A stretch of 57,965 bases of DNA from Oscillospiraceae bacterium (GCA_902789095.1 CADAMY010000001.1:1-57965); one strand, 5' to 3'. Positions 48,633 through 57,555 are shown, counted from the first letter of the stretch. The notes: generated from the letters alone by a model not told the origin. Numbers and translations: made by a program.

Positions 48633-48788
48633 TTAAATATCAAGAAGAATTTCGAATGCGTCATCTATGATTTTTTCATAATCCGGGTCGTTTGTTTCAT
48701 CTATCGGCTCACTCAAAGACTCGGCAAGATATTGCGATGAATTTAATGAAAATTTTACTGAATTTATTTCAGGTTTGAGATAAATCAA
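48633..48788 (-). CDS. Candidate 51-aa acidic protein, not in the ORF track (TTG start)
   Basis: GGAGGT, 5-nt spacer, TTG, located 12 nt after the stop of the BspA-like gene. Translates MIYLKPEINSVKFSLNSSQYLAESLSEPIDETNDPDYEKIIDDAFEILLDI. Followed by hairpin copy 2. Confidence 0.3.
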   Translation of the reverse strand: MIYLKPEINSVKFSLNSSQYLAESLSEPIDETNDPDYEKIIDDAFEILLDI

Positions 48789-48800
48789 ATTTTTACCTCC

Positions 48801-51800
48801 TCATATAAACATAATTGATCTTATTGCAGCTGTAAATTTAAGAATTGCATTAAGAATCATTGAAATAATATCTGCAATTATTTCGTTTTTATCAGGATTA
48901 TCATTTGTTATCATATCATCCTGTCCGATTGCCTGAACAGAATTATAGCTGACGTTATCCGTCATTATTATTTCATCAACCGAATCTGATGATGAATTAC
49001 TGATATCAAAACGTTTAATTTTACCATAATGATATTCACCGCTGCCGTCAATAATATAAGGTCTTGACCATATAGTATCACATGGGATTTTTGCTTTGAT
49101 TTCAAGGATGCCTGTCAATGAATTGGCGGATTTTACAGCATTAAATTTGTAAATTTCATCCGATTCGGCAAAAGCATTCAAATAATCTTCCGTACTGTAT
49201 TCGGGATTGCCTGTCATAATTATTCCGTGTCCGCGCAAATCTTCTGTTGTGCTTACACTGTGTTCCGCAATCACAGTAATAGAATCATCAGCATCTTTTT
49301 TAACATCTATCATTCTGCCGGCGAATAAAGCTTTTTGTCTTTCGGTCTGATAAACAGAGGGATTTGTATAAACCGGTGTAAACTGCTCTTCTCTGACATT
49401 ATAGAAAGTATATGTTCTGTAAGTGCTTACAATTTCGCCGTTACAATCAATCCAGTAAGTAAAGAAATCGCCGCTGCTGTTTTTTTTCGGAGCTGTGATT
49501 GTTGCAAGACAATACGGCGCAGAATTATCGGCTTTTTTGTAGGTAACCGTACAATCATTCGGAACTGTAACCGTGTACTTACTTAAGCCGTAACCGCATT
49601 CACATATTCCGAAAGAATCGAATATATGCGGCTCTGATGCGAACTGAGCAGTATATTCAGTATCAGCCGCCGCTTTGCCGATTGACGGCGACCATCCGCT
49701 GAATGTGTAATGATTGTCTGAGTCAGCATGTTTTACAGGAAATGCACCTGTGTAGGCAGGCATCGCTCCGTGTTCAACCGAAGATACCTGCAAAACCTCA
49801 TCACCGTTTATAAAAGTGATCGTATATTCTTTTAATTTAAGTGAACTAATGGCTCTATTAATATTTTCTGCCATTTTGTCAACATCCGATTGTCTGCCAA
49901 CGTATAAATTTCTTATAACAGAATCAATAGCAGTTTCAAGTAATGAAACACTTTCGTCGGTATAAACCGTAAGGTCTTCCGGAATATCATCGAGCGCCTT
50001 ATCAACTTCAGTATAATCTGCCTTTTCTTCGCTTTCGTATCCGCACGTTGAACAAATACCGTTGTAATCAAAGGAATGGTTCTGCTTTTCACCTTTATAA
50101 TTACAATCTGAGCATTCCTGCCAATGCTGTGAAGCGTCATAATTGTATATAAAATTATGCAGTTCTTCCCTGTGTAAAAGATTCCCGTTTTCATCAAGAT
50201 AAAACGATGTATTGTCCTCACTGAGCGTAATCGTAAAAGGATTGCTGCCGCTTGACCTGTTGGTGTGAATACGGTTGAGCATATCAAGCTGAAGACCGTC
50301 AATCGATGTGAGAGTTGACGGCAGAACTACTCCCGAACAGTTAGCCAGAAGATTGTCAACAGTTGCTGAGCCGTCAGCCCACATAGCGTCGCCGTCCCAG
50401 ACTTTTACGCCTTCGGGAATATTCATTACCTTGCTGTATCTTGCGGGAATAGCTGAAACGTGAGTCAAATCTTTTGAATAAACGATTCCGTCAACGCTCG
50501 AATAATTCGGATTAGTCGGTTTAACTTCGTAATCTGTAATTCCGGTATAGCAGTAAATCGCTATTGAAAGATTTGAGCCTGCATTGAGATTGCCGGTATC
50601 GTCATAAACTATATATCTATCATCATAAAGCGGAACGTACTTGATTATATACGTGTCCGGCAGAACTACGGTATGGATATTATAGTTTCTTGAAAAGCTC
50701 AGTTCGCCGAAAAATTCAACGCCGTCGGGAATTTCAAATACTCCGTTTTCAAAAGGCTTGTTTCTCGGAACAGCGAGCATCTCTTTGCCGTCAGCGGAAT
50801 AAAGAATACCGTCAACAGTTTTATAATTTGTATTTCCTTCGGCTACGATAAATTCGGTAAAATCATTTGTGGCAAAGTCATAAAAAGTATGAGCGTATCC
50901 TATCTTTTTGACTCCGGCGGGAACGGTAAACGTAGATCCGGCGTATCTTACGGCATGATTCATAAATCCGGCGCTGATAAGACCGAGATTATCGGGAACA
51001 ATAATCTGCTGAGCTTTGCAGTTCTGGAAGCACCAGCCGTTTGTTTTGATCTGATCAAGGTCCCAGCGGCTCATATCTATTACGACCTGAGTCGAAGCGC
51101 TAAGAGCGTTTGCAACGTTGTTGAAAGCATAGGACATATCTTCAAGCGAAGAAGTGTTCCAGTCAGACAGCCCCGTAATCGTCGAAAGATGATTGCATCC
51201 GCTGAAAATTCCCCTGATAGATGTAACTGACGATGTATCAAACGAAGATAAATCAAGCGTTTTTATTCCTGTGCAGTTATAGAACATAAAGCTTAAATCG
51301 GTTGCTTTTTCTGTGTTCAGGTTATCAAGTCCTGTAATTGAAGTGAGCGAAGTGCAGTTATAAACAAAACCTCTGAAAGCTTCGGAATTAGAGGTATCGT
51401 AATTTGAAACGTCAATTGTTTTCAATGAGCTGCAGCCGTAAAACATATAGCTGAAATCAGTAATGTTTGAAGTATTGAAATTTTCAACTCCGTTAATGGC
51501 TGTAAGAGCCGAACAATAACAGAAAAGACTGCGGAAAGTAGTGGTGTTACCGGTTGTGAAAGCGGAAAGATCAAGAGTTTTCAGCGAACTGCAGTAGTAA
51601 AAAACAAAGTTCATTTCGGTAACGTTTGAAGTATTCCAGGTATCAAGCCCGGTTATACTCGTCAGAGTGGAACAATAATAAAACATACTGCGTATAGTTG
51701 CGGCGTTTTCAGTTACAAAGCCGGTTACGTCAAGCGATTTAATATTGCCGCATTTATAAAACATATAGCTGAAATCGGTTATTTCAGATGTATCGACGCC

Positions 51801-52154
51801 TGTTAAATCAACCGAATTAAGAGACGTACATTCTCTGAAAAGCGCTTTCATGGAATTATTAAGGAAAGTGACGCCATCGCATATTTTTACATATTTAATA
51901 CTTACGTTTTTAATAAATACAGTCATACTGTCAAGCACGGTTGTATAGCTTTGACCGTCAATTTCATATTCTGCCGCAACAGTGACGGAATCGGAAGAGC
52001 CATTATATTTGCCTAAAATAACAGAATTATTTTCTTCGTCAATAGTAAAAGCAAAATCTTCCGGCGCAGTGAATTCATCTGCCGCAATTGCAGATATAGG
52101 AATAAGGGTGATAATAAGTATTGCAGTCATAATAATAGAAATAACACGTTTCAT
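48801..52154 (-). CDS. BspA-type leucine-rich-repeat surface protein (DUF285 + LRR_5 repeats)
   Basis: Signal peptide. About 9 tandem units of the ..LD.S.FDTSNVT.M..MFY.C..L.. type. LRR_5-like segment (GILYSADGKEMLAVP...FEIPDGVEFFGELSF). Hydrophobic C-terminal tail. Confidence 0.85.
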   Translation of the reverse strand: MKRVISIIMTAILIITLIPISAIAADEFTAPEDFAFTIDEENNSVILGKYNGSSDSVTVAAEYEIDGQSYTTVLDSMTVFIKNVSIKYVKICDGVTFLNNSMKALFRECTSLNSVDLTGVDTSEITDFSYMFYKCGNIKSLDVTGFVTENAATIRSMFYYCSTLTSITGLDTWNTSNVTEMNFVFYYCSSLKTLDLSAFTTGNTTTFRSLFCYCSALTAINGVENFNTSNITDFSYMFYGCSSLKTIDVSNYDTSNSEAFRGFVYNCTSLTSITGLDNLNTEKATDLSFMFYNCTGIKTLDLSSFDTSSVTSIRGIFSGCNHLSTITGLSDWNTSSLEDMSYAFNNVANALSASTQVVIDMSRWDLDQIKTNGWCFQNCKAQQIIVPDNLGLISAGFMNHAVRYAGSTFTVPAGVKKIGYAHTFYDFATNDFTEFIVAEGNTNYKTVDGILYSADGKEMLAVPRNKPFENGVFEIPDGVEFFGELSFSRNYNIHTVVLPDTYIIKYVPLYDDRYIVYDDTGNLNAGSNLSIAIYCYTGITDYEVKPTNPNYSSVDGIVYSKDLTHVSAIPARYSKVMNIPEGVKVWDGDAMWADGSATVDNLLANCSGVVLPSTLTSIDGLQLDMLNRIHTNRSSGSNPFTITLSEDNTSFYLDENGNLLHREELHNFIYNYDASQHWQECSDCNYKGEKQNHSFDYNGICSTCGYESEEKADYTEVDKALDDIPEDLTVYTDESVSLLETAIDSVIRNLYVGRQSDVDKMAENINRAISSLKLKEYTITFINGDEVLQVSSVEHGAMPAYTGAFPVKHADSDNHYTFSGWSPSIGKAAADTEYTAQFASEPHIFDSFGICECGYGLSKYTVTVPNDCTVTYKKADNSAPYCLATITAPKKNSSGDFFTYWIDCNGEIVSTYRTYTFYNVREEQFTPVYTNPSVYQTERQKALFAGRMIDVKKDADDSITVIAEHSVSTTEDLRGHGIIMTGNPEYSTEDYLNAFAESDEIYKFNAVKSANSLTGILEIKAKIPCDTIWSRPYIIDGSGEYHYGKIKRFDISNSSSDSVDEIIMTDNVSYNSVQAIGQDDMITNDNPDKNEIIADIISMILNAILKFTAAIRSIMFI

Positions 52155-52208
52155 TATATTCCTCTGCCTTTCAGTATTTTAATTGATTAAATTATAATTC
52201 ATATTAAC

Positions 52209-52253
52209 AAAAAAATCAATAATCATTACTGTGATTCAGTAAATAATTATTGA
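52209..52253 (-). terminator. Terminator of the dehydratase-like operon
   Basis: Outer stem TCAATAAT/ATTATTGA and inner stem TTACTG/CAGTAA. T7 on the minus strand. Confidence 0.6.
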
Positions 52254-52264
52254 TTTGATTGAGT

Positions 52265-53524
52265 TTAATTCTGATTCTCTCTTGCTACGGCAAGCATCAG
52301 CTTTATTCTGTTTTCCTGATTTACTTTTGTTGCGCCCGGGTCGTAGTCAATAGAAACTATATTTGCGTTCGGAGCTGCTTCCTTGACTTTTCTTACCATT
52401 CCTTTGCCTGAAATATGATTCGGCAGACAGCCGAAAGGCTGAGTGCAGATAATATTTTCATATCCGTGATGAGCAAGCTCGAGCATTTCTGCGGTAAGGA
52501 ACCAGCCCTCGCCCATTTTGCATCCGAATCCGATTACCGGCTCGCATAAGTCTCTTACATCGTCGTGATACATAGGAGCCGTAAAATCACTGTTCTGTTC
52601 AACTGCTTCTATAAGTATTTTTTCAATGGTTTTGATATATGACTTAACAAGGTCGTATGCTTTAAGCTCTATATATGAGCCGCCGTAAAGCTTGTAATCC
52701 TGTCTTGTGTCTTCAATACAGTAAAGCAGGAAACCCATAAGTCCGGGGACCATAACTTCACAGCCCTGGGAAACAAGAAATTCTTCAAGATCGTTATTTG
52801 CAAGCGGAGAATATTTTACGAATATCTCCCCTACCACGCCTACTTTAACTGCGTCGAATCTTTTGATCGGTATATTTGCAAACGAAAGAACTATTTCTTT
52901 CATCTTCTTTTTCATAGCGCCGTTAGTAAGGCTTCTGTTCTTTTCAAAATCGTCGCAGAGTTCATTTACCCATTTGTCAAGCAGGGCTCTGCTGTCGCCT
53001 TTATTTATCTCATATGTTCTTACCTGCTCATCAAGAAGCATTAAAAGATCACCGTATGAAACAGCGCCGAGAGCTTTAGGAATCATATCAAGAGTCAGCT
53101 TGAATCCGCTGTTTTTTTCAAGCCCGGCAACGTTTAAAGAAATGATCGGAATATGACCGTAACCTGCTTTTATAAAAGCTTTTCTCATAAGATTAAGATA
53201 ATTTGATGCACGGCAGCCGCCGCCTGTCTGAGTGATAAGGACGGCTACTTTATTAAGATCATACTTGCCGCTGTCAAGAGCGTTGATGAACTGACCTATA
53301 ACGAGAAGTGCGGGATAGCAGGTGTCGTTATGAACGTATTTCAGTCCTGCGTCAACAACAGCTCTGCCGGAATTCGTAAGATGCTCAAGTTTATAACCCG
53401 CCTGTCCGAAAATTTTGCACAGGAATTTAAAGTGAACGGGAAGCATGTCCGGTACAAGAATCGTATGAGTTTTTTTCATTTCGGGAGTAAATTCCACTCT
53501 GTGAATTATATGTTTTTCATCCAT
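52265..53524 (-). CDS. 2-hydroxyacyl-CoA dehydratase-family / activase-related (DUF2229-like) protein
   Basis: THTILVPDMLPVHF..., GLKYVHNDTCYPALLVIGQ and QTGGGCRASNY resemble the C-terminal modules of clostridial CoA-enzyme activase proteins. Confidence 0.65.
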   Translation of the reverse strand: MDEKHIIHRVEFTPEMKKTHTILVPDMLPVHFKFLCKIFGQAGYKLEHLTNSGRAVVDAGLKYVHNDTCYPALLVIGQFINALDSGKYDLNKVAVLITQTGGGCRASNYLNLMRKAFIKAGYGHIPIISLNVAGLEKNSGFKLTLDMIPKALGAVSYGDLLMLLDEQVRTYEINKGDSRALLDKWVNELCDDFEKNRSLTNGAMKKKMKEIVLSFANIPIKRFDAVKVGVVGEIFVKYSPLANNDLEEFLVSQGCEVMVPGLMGFLLYCIEDTRQDYKLYGGSYIELKAYDLVKSYIKTIEKILIEAVEQNSDFTAPMYHDDVRDLCEPVIGFGCKMGEGWFLTAEMLELAHHGYENIICTQPFGCLPNHISGKGMVRKVKEAAPNANIVSIDYDPGATKVNQENRIKLMLAVARENQN

Positions 53525-53525
53525 T

Positions 53526-54164
53526 TTATTTATCCTCCTTTACGCTTTTCTGCATATCCAGAGCCGAGAAAAGACTGCGAAGTCTGATTTTAACTGCGCC
53601 GAGATTTGATACTTCATCAATTTTAATCTGAGTGTAAATTTTACCGTGGCTCTCAAGAATTGAACGAACTTCGTCAGTTGTAATAGCGTCAACACCGCAG
53701 CCGAAAGATACCATCTGAACAAGATTCATTTCAGGGTGATCAACTACATAAGAAGCGGCTGAGTAAAGTCTTGCGTGGTAAGTCCATTGATTAAGTACGT
53801 TTACCTTGATTTTATCTGCAAGGTGACATATTGAATCTTCAGAAATTACAACTGCTCCGCAATCGCAAATAAGCTGATCGATACCGTGATTGATTTCAGG
53901 GTCAAGGTGGTAAGGTCTGCCGCACAGAACAATTATAGGGATATCGTCCTTATGAGCTGTGTCAATATAGTCCGCCGCTTTTTTGCGAATAGAATCAAGA
54001 TATGAATTATATCCTTTATACGCTTTATCGACTGCGATTAAAAATTCATTTTTCTGAATATCCGGGAAATATTTGAGCATCGTCTGGTAAAACTTCTTTT
54101 CAAAAGCCTTTCTGTCTCCGTTTTTTGCATCGTTAACTATATTGATAAGGTCACTTTTCTTCAT
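53526..54164 (-). CDS. Activase-related / HgdB-like protein, apparently 5'-truncated
   Basis: IPIIVLCGRPYHLDPEINHG...SFGCGVDA match the C-terminal half of the module. The usual N-terminal ~120 aa (GIPRAL.. region) is absent. 1-nt gap to the next gene. Confidence 0.55.
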   Translation of the reverse strand: MKKSDLINIVNDAKNGDRKAFEKKFYQTMLKYFPDIQKNEFLIAVDKAYKGYNSYLDSIRKKAADYIDTAHKDDIPIIVLCGRPYHLDPEINHGIDQLICDCGAVVISEDSICHLADKIKVNVLNQWTYHARLYSAASYVVDHPEMNLVQMVSFGCGVDAITTDEVRSILESHGKIYTQIKIDEVSNLGAVKIRLRSLFSALDMQKSVKEDK

Positions 54165-54297
54165 TCAGGATTCCTTCTTTCGTTAAAATATCTCCGATCT
54201 TTTTCTTAGCCGCATTTTTTTCTTCCTCCGACAGTGCGGCTTCAGCCTGCATCATTGCAAGCACCTGTCGGATCACCTCATCTAACTGATATTCCAT
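54151..54297 (-). CDS. Possible 48-aa helical micro-protein (weak)
   Basis: ATG ORF MEYQLDEVIRQVLAMMQAEAALSEEEKNAAKKKIGDILTKEGILNEEK overlaps the next start by 14 nt. The only SD (AGGAGG) is 14 nt upstream and lies at the predicted transcription start. Confidence 0.2.
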   Translation of the reverse strand: MEYQLDEVIRQVLAMMQAEAALSEEEKNAAKKKIGDILTKEGILNEEK

Positions 54298-54319
54298 ATC
54301 AAAGTTTCATTCCTCCTGT

Positions 54320-54348
54320 ATTATACCACTTTTTCATCCGTTTGTCAT
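54320..54348 (-). promoter_or_regulatory. Sigma-A-type promoter of the dehydratase-like operon
   Basis: Minus strand reads ATGACA, 17-nt spacer, TGGTATAAT (extended -10). Confidence 0.5.
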
Positions 54349-54459
54349 CTGCTTTCTGAAAATTAGACGTAGTAAGTTGGGTTTGGTTATAAACTTTTTT
54401 CTCCGTCTGTTTTTCTGTTTTCTGATAGTTAGACGAAGCAAGTTCGGTTTGGTTATAAA
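54337..54459. repeat. Two tandem copies of a 57-58-bp unit (period 65-66 bp, ~80% identity)
   Basis: TCCGT(T/C)TGT...CTG(C/T)TTTCTGA(A/T)A(A/G)TTAGACG(T/A)AG(T/C)AAGTT(G/C)GGTTTGGTTATAAA, aligned by hand. Copy 1 overlaps the -35 element. Confidence 0.8.
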
Positions 54460-54530
54460 AAATTTTCAGCAGATTTTAAATATCAACTCACCTGACACCC
54501 TTTACGTAAATCACAGAGTGACAAAGATTT

Positions 54531-54561
54531 GACCCCATATCCTTAGAATGGATATGGGGTC
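54531..54561 (-). terminator. Hairpin downstream of the GyrI-like gene
   Basis: Perfect 12-bp stem GACCCCATATCC/GGATATGGGGTC with 7-nt loop. The U-tract is weak. Confidence 0.5.
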
Positions 54562-54602
54562 ATTAAACAAGCTTGCACTGATATTATCGATCAAAAAGCG
54601 TT

Positions 54603-55064
54603 TTACAGAGAATTATAGTTTGTTCCTATATATACTTCAAAAACACAGTCAGAACCAAATGTATCACCGTTTCTGATCACTACATAATAAGCGTTTGTTA
54701 TAGGCTCAAAATTATTTTTCCGTATATATTCTTTTAGGGCTGCTTCTGTTCTGGAAATATCCGATATACTGCCCTCATGCCTTGTCATCACAGCATTTAT
54801 CAAGCGGAAGATAAGCTTTGAACCGTAGTTCTCCGAAGGCTTTATCTCGCCCTTTACAGGTATATATATCTCAGCGGACTGTGTTTCATCGGAGATGTTG
54901 TTTTCCTTGAATGTAAATATAAATTTACCCGCTGCTGCAAGCCCCAGCGCCGAAAGATTATCATGGATATGCTCTATCACTTTCAGTATATCCGCCTTTT
55001 TTATGTTTGCGGAATAGGTTATAAGATTTTCAGCATATATATTTAAATGTGGTATATATTGCAA
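54603..55064 (-). CDS. GyrI-like / effector-binding-domain small protein
   Basis: About 153 aa. I prefer the TTG at 55064 (AGGTGGGG 8 nt upstream) over the GTG at 55073. The alternating beta/alpha pattern and size are typical of GyrI-like (SbmC / BmrR C-terminal) domains. Family call is tentative. Confidence 0.55.
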   Translation of the reverse strand: MQYIPHLNIYAENLITYSANIKKADILKVIEHIHDNLSALGLAAAGKFIFTFKENNISDETQSAEIYIPVKGEIKPSENYGSKLIFRLINAVMTRHEGSISDISRTEAALKEYIRKNNFEPITNAYYVVIRNGDTFGSDCVFEVYIGTNYNSL

Positions 55065-55134
55065 TTGTTTCACCCCACCTGTATCTAATTGAAATTTAGC
55101 TATTATAAAGCTGCTAATATTTCTTCTTGTAGAT

Positions 55135-55206
55135 ATTATATCATTAAATATATGATGCTGTCTACGATAATCGAGTGAACGGTATAAAAATTTAAGTGAA
55201 CGGTAT
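55135..55206 (-). promoter_or_regulatory. LytTR-type direct-repeat box plus extended -10
   Basis: Minus strand reads ATACCGTTCACT, 9 nt, ATACCGTTCACT (plus-strand 55195-55206 and 55174-55185; 21-bp period), then 33 nt, then TGATATAAT (55135-55143). The core ACCGTTCAC fits the LytTR consensus [TA][AC][CA]GTTN[AG][TG] at all but the last position. Confidence 0.6.
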
Positions 55207-56505
55207 CTATATCTCTTCCGATCTCAGCACCAGATTGAGATCCAGTGTAAACTGCTTATCGTCCGCCGACAGATCAGCCTCACCGTCATATTTTTGGACA
55301 ACGCGAAGGATATTCGATACACCGAAACCGTGGTGATCCTTATCGCTTTTTGAAGTTGCTATTGTCTTGTTGCTTTTTATTTCCACTGTCTCAAAGATAG
55401 GATTGGTAATAGTAAAGAAGAAATAGCCTTGCTTGAAATCCGCATTAACTTTTATCTCCTTCGGCTTCTCTGAGGTATCCTTGCCGCAGGCTTCGATGGC
55501 ATTGTCTATGGCGTTTGCCATTATTATACACAGGTCAACATTGCTTATTCCTGCGGTGGGCACCATGCCTGAAAAAACTATCTTTGTGTTTACCGTTGCT
55601 GCTCTGTCGTTTTTATCATTCATAAGAGCATCAATAATTATATTGCCTGTATTGTACTGCTTTTTCTCAACAGATGAAAGCGCTTCTATATCGTCTATAT
55701 ATTCCATCGCCTTATTTTTTTCTTCTGCATCAATCAGACTTCTGAGACAGATCAAATGATTTTTAAAATCATGACGGAAGCTTCTGAATTCACCGTAAAT
55801 GGTATTTATCTTTTCATAGTACTTTATCTCGTTTTCCACCTGTTTTGAAAGCATATCGATCGTTGTCCTTTTCTCGGCTTCGGATATACTTATCTTTATT
55901 ATTGAAACTGCAAATACTATCAGTCCCGCCATGGAAGGCAGTATATATCTTTTGTAATACAGCTCATGGTCGGGTTGGTTTTCTCCCATGACGAATATCG
56001 CCGCTATAAATAAAAGCAATATTACATCTATATAAAGCTTTTTAGGCAAAGATCTGACGATCTGCCGAAGCATGATCTCGATTTTTTTTCTTTTTATGTA
56101 AATGAGTATCGATGCCAGAACAATTACCTCTGCAGAAAATGCAGCAAGATTACAAAGCTCATAATTTTTGATAAATGCCATACTAAGATTCAAACATATC
56201 TGCGGCGGCCATAGCGACAGCAGGAAAATATACAGTACTCTCTTGCTGAATTCCTCAAATAACACACTGTATGCCCCTAAACGTCCGAAAAAATAAATGC
56301 CTTGTAACAGCTGGCTCAATTCCTTAGGACAGAAATCAGGTTTGTTCATGATTATAGGTGCAGGAAGCAGAGTGAGTATCAGCAGAAAATAACCTACATT
56401 TCTGATACGTGATGATTTGAAATCACATACCGTTCTTGCAAGCTTTACAAAAATAAGCTGTTCCAGGATATTTACAAGCAGCACCAGATAAGAAATTATC
56501 GTCAT
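55207..56505 (-). CDS. AgrC/ComD-class (HPK10-like) membrane sensor histidine kinase
   Basis: About 6 N-terminal TM segments. H-box FRHDFKNHL. C-terminal GHKL ATPase. Start set to the ATG at 56505 (AAGGAG 8 nt upstream). Confidence 0.85.
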   Translation of the reverse strand: MTIISYLVLLVNILEQLIFVKLARTVCDFKSSRIRNVGYFLLILTLLPAPIIMNKPDFCPKELSQLLQGIYFFGRLGAYSVLFEEFSKRVLYIFLLSLWPPQICLNLSMAFIKNYELCNLAAFSAEVIVLASILIYIKRKKIEIMLRQIVRSLPKKLYIDVILLLFIAAIFVMGENQPDHELYYKRYILPSMAGLIVFAVSIIKISISEAEKRTTIDMLSKQVENEIKYYEKINTIYGEFRSFRHDFKNHLICLRSLIDAEEKNKAMEYIDDIEALSSVEKKQYNTGNIIIDALMNDKNDRAATVNTKIVFSGMVPTAGISNVDLCIIMANAIDNAIEACGKDTSEKPKEIKVNADFKQGYFFFTITNPIFETVEIKSNKTIATSKSDKDHHGFGVSNILRVVQKYDGEADLSADDKQFTLDLNLVLRSEEI

Positions 56506-56507
56506 TT

Positions 56508-57221
56508 TCAGCACTCCTTCCGGAAATTATATCTCTTGATATAGCCGGTAAAAGCTTTTTTAAACGGAGTGAGCTTTAATCTGCTTATAAGTGCTCTTTC
56601 TTTATTATCAAAAAGGATATCAGTAGATGTATGAGAAACGATATGTCTGAATCCTGCCAGATATGTCCTGTGACAGCGGAAGAATTTATCCTCGGGAAGC
56701 ATATTTTCAATTTCCGATAATGTCTTCTTGTAAAGGACAGTACCCTCATTCGTCCTGATATTGCAGTACTTATCAGCTGCTTCTATATAAATGATATCAT
56801 TGATATTCAGCTTTTTATTCTCCTCATCGGTCTTTATGAGAAGGAAATTTGATTCGTCATTATCTGCAAGATATGAATCAAGCGCAGATGCCAGCTTATC
56901 GTCATCTATCGGCTTTACTAAGAACCTGTATGCATTGACTTCAAAGGTATCAAAAACAATATCGGGAAAGCTGGTCAGGAATATTATAGCTGTTTCGGTA
57001 TTTTTCTTTCTGATCTGCCTTGCGGTCTCAAGACCGTCAATCTCCGCCATCTGATAATCCATAAAAATAATGTCATACTCATTCTGACTGCCGATAAGAT
57101 CTAATCCGTTGGTAAAATCATTGTAGATCATTATAAGATTTCTTTTCTGTGCATAACTTTCAAGATGTTTTTTCAGTTCGGTGTGTATGACCATCTGGTC
57201 GTCACAAATCGCGATTTTCAT
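56508..57221 (-). CDS. LytTR-family response regulator
   Basis: REC domain (MKIAICDDQ..., DIIFMDYQM). C-terminal LytTR domain (FFRCHRTYLAGFRHI). Confidence 0.9.
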   Translation of the reverse strand: MKIAICDDQMVIHTELKKHLESYAQKRNLIMIYNDFTNGLDLIGSQNEYDIIFMDYQMAEIDGLETARQIRKKNTETAIIFLTSFPDIVFDTFEVNAYRFLVKPIDDDKLASALDSYLADNDESNFLLIKTDEENKKLNINDIIYIEAADKYCNIRTNEGTVLYKKTLSEIENMLPEDKFFRCHRTYLAGFRHIVSHTSTDILFDNKERALISRLKLTPFKKAFTGYIKRYNFRKEC

Positions 57222-57383
57222 GTGGTTCTCCTCTCCTTAACTACAAATATATTTTTCGATTTTAAACGACATCAGGAATTGCATTTTGAGAACTGGCAAA
57301 AGCTCTGTATATACTTTTACGCAGTTCGCAAATAAGCAATTTCAATGTCGTTTACTATACGATTCTACACAAAGTACAGATCA

Positions 57384-57454
57384 ATGCATTTTACTCCGTA
57401 TTTTATACCATTTACTCCAAAAATATATCGCAACTGCAAAAAGTATATTATAAT
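57384..57454 (+). promoter_or_regulatory. Second, degenerate LytTR-type box plus -10, divergent from the response regulator gene
   Basis: ATGCATTTTACT (57384-57395; 8/12 to the perfect box) and ATACCATTTACT (57405-57416; 10/12), 21 bp apart. 32 nt downstream is TATAAT (57449-57454). Confidence 0.5.
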
Positions 57455-57516
57455 AAGACCATCGAAACAAGAGAAACAACAAAACTAAAAAAAAGAACAA
57501 AAAAGGAGGCTTAAAA

Positions 57517-57555
57517 ATGCAGGACTGGTTTGATTTTTGGGGTTGGTTCTTATAA
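57517..57555 (+). CDS. 12-codon micro-ORF encoding MQDWFDFWGWFL
   Basis: AAGGAGG (57503-57509), 7-nt spacer, ATG. Stop is TAA. Lies between the LytTR-box promoter and a strong terminator. Confidence 0.35.
   Translation: MQDWFDFWGWFL

Noticed and set aside
54337-54459. CRISPR array or riboswitch interpretation of the tandem repeat
   Set aside because: There are only two adjacent copies with no unique spacers and no cas genes. The repeat lies upstream of the predicted -10 rather than in a leader. I could draw no conserved riboswitch-like fold.
57517-57555. Interpretation of the Trp-rich 12-codon ORF as a trp-operon attenuation leader peptide
   Set aside because: No plus-strand gene follows the terminator within the window. 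The three Trp codons are dispersed rather than tandem. I could not draw an alternative antiterminator pairing. The promoter carries LytTR-type boxes. This is not fully excluded, because only ~250 nt downstream is visible.
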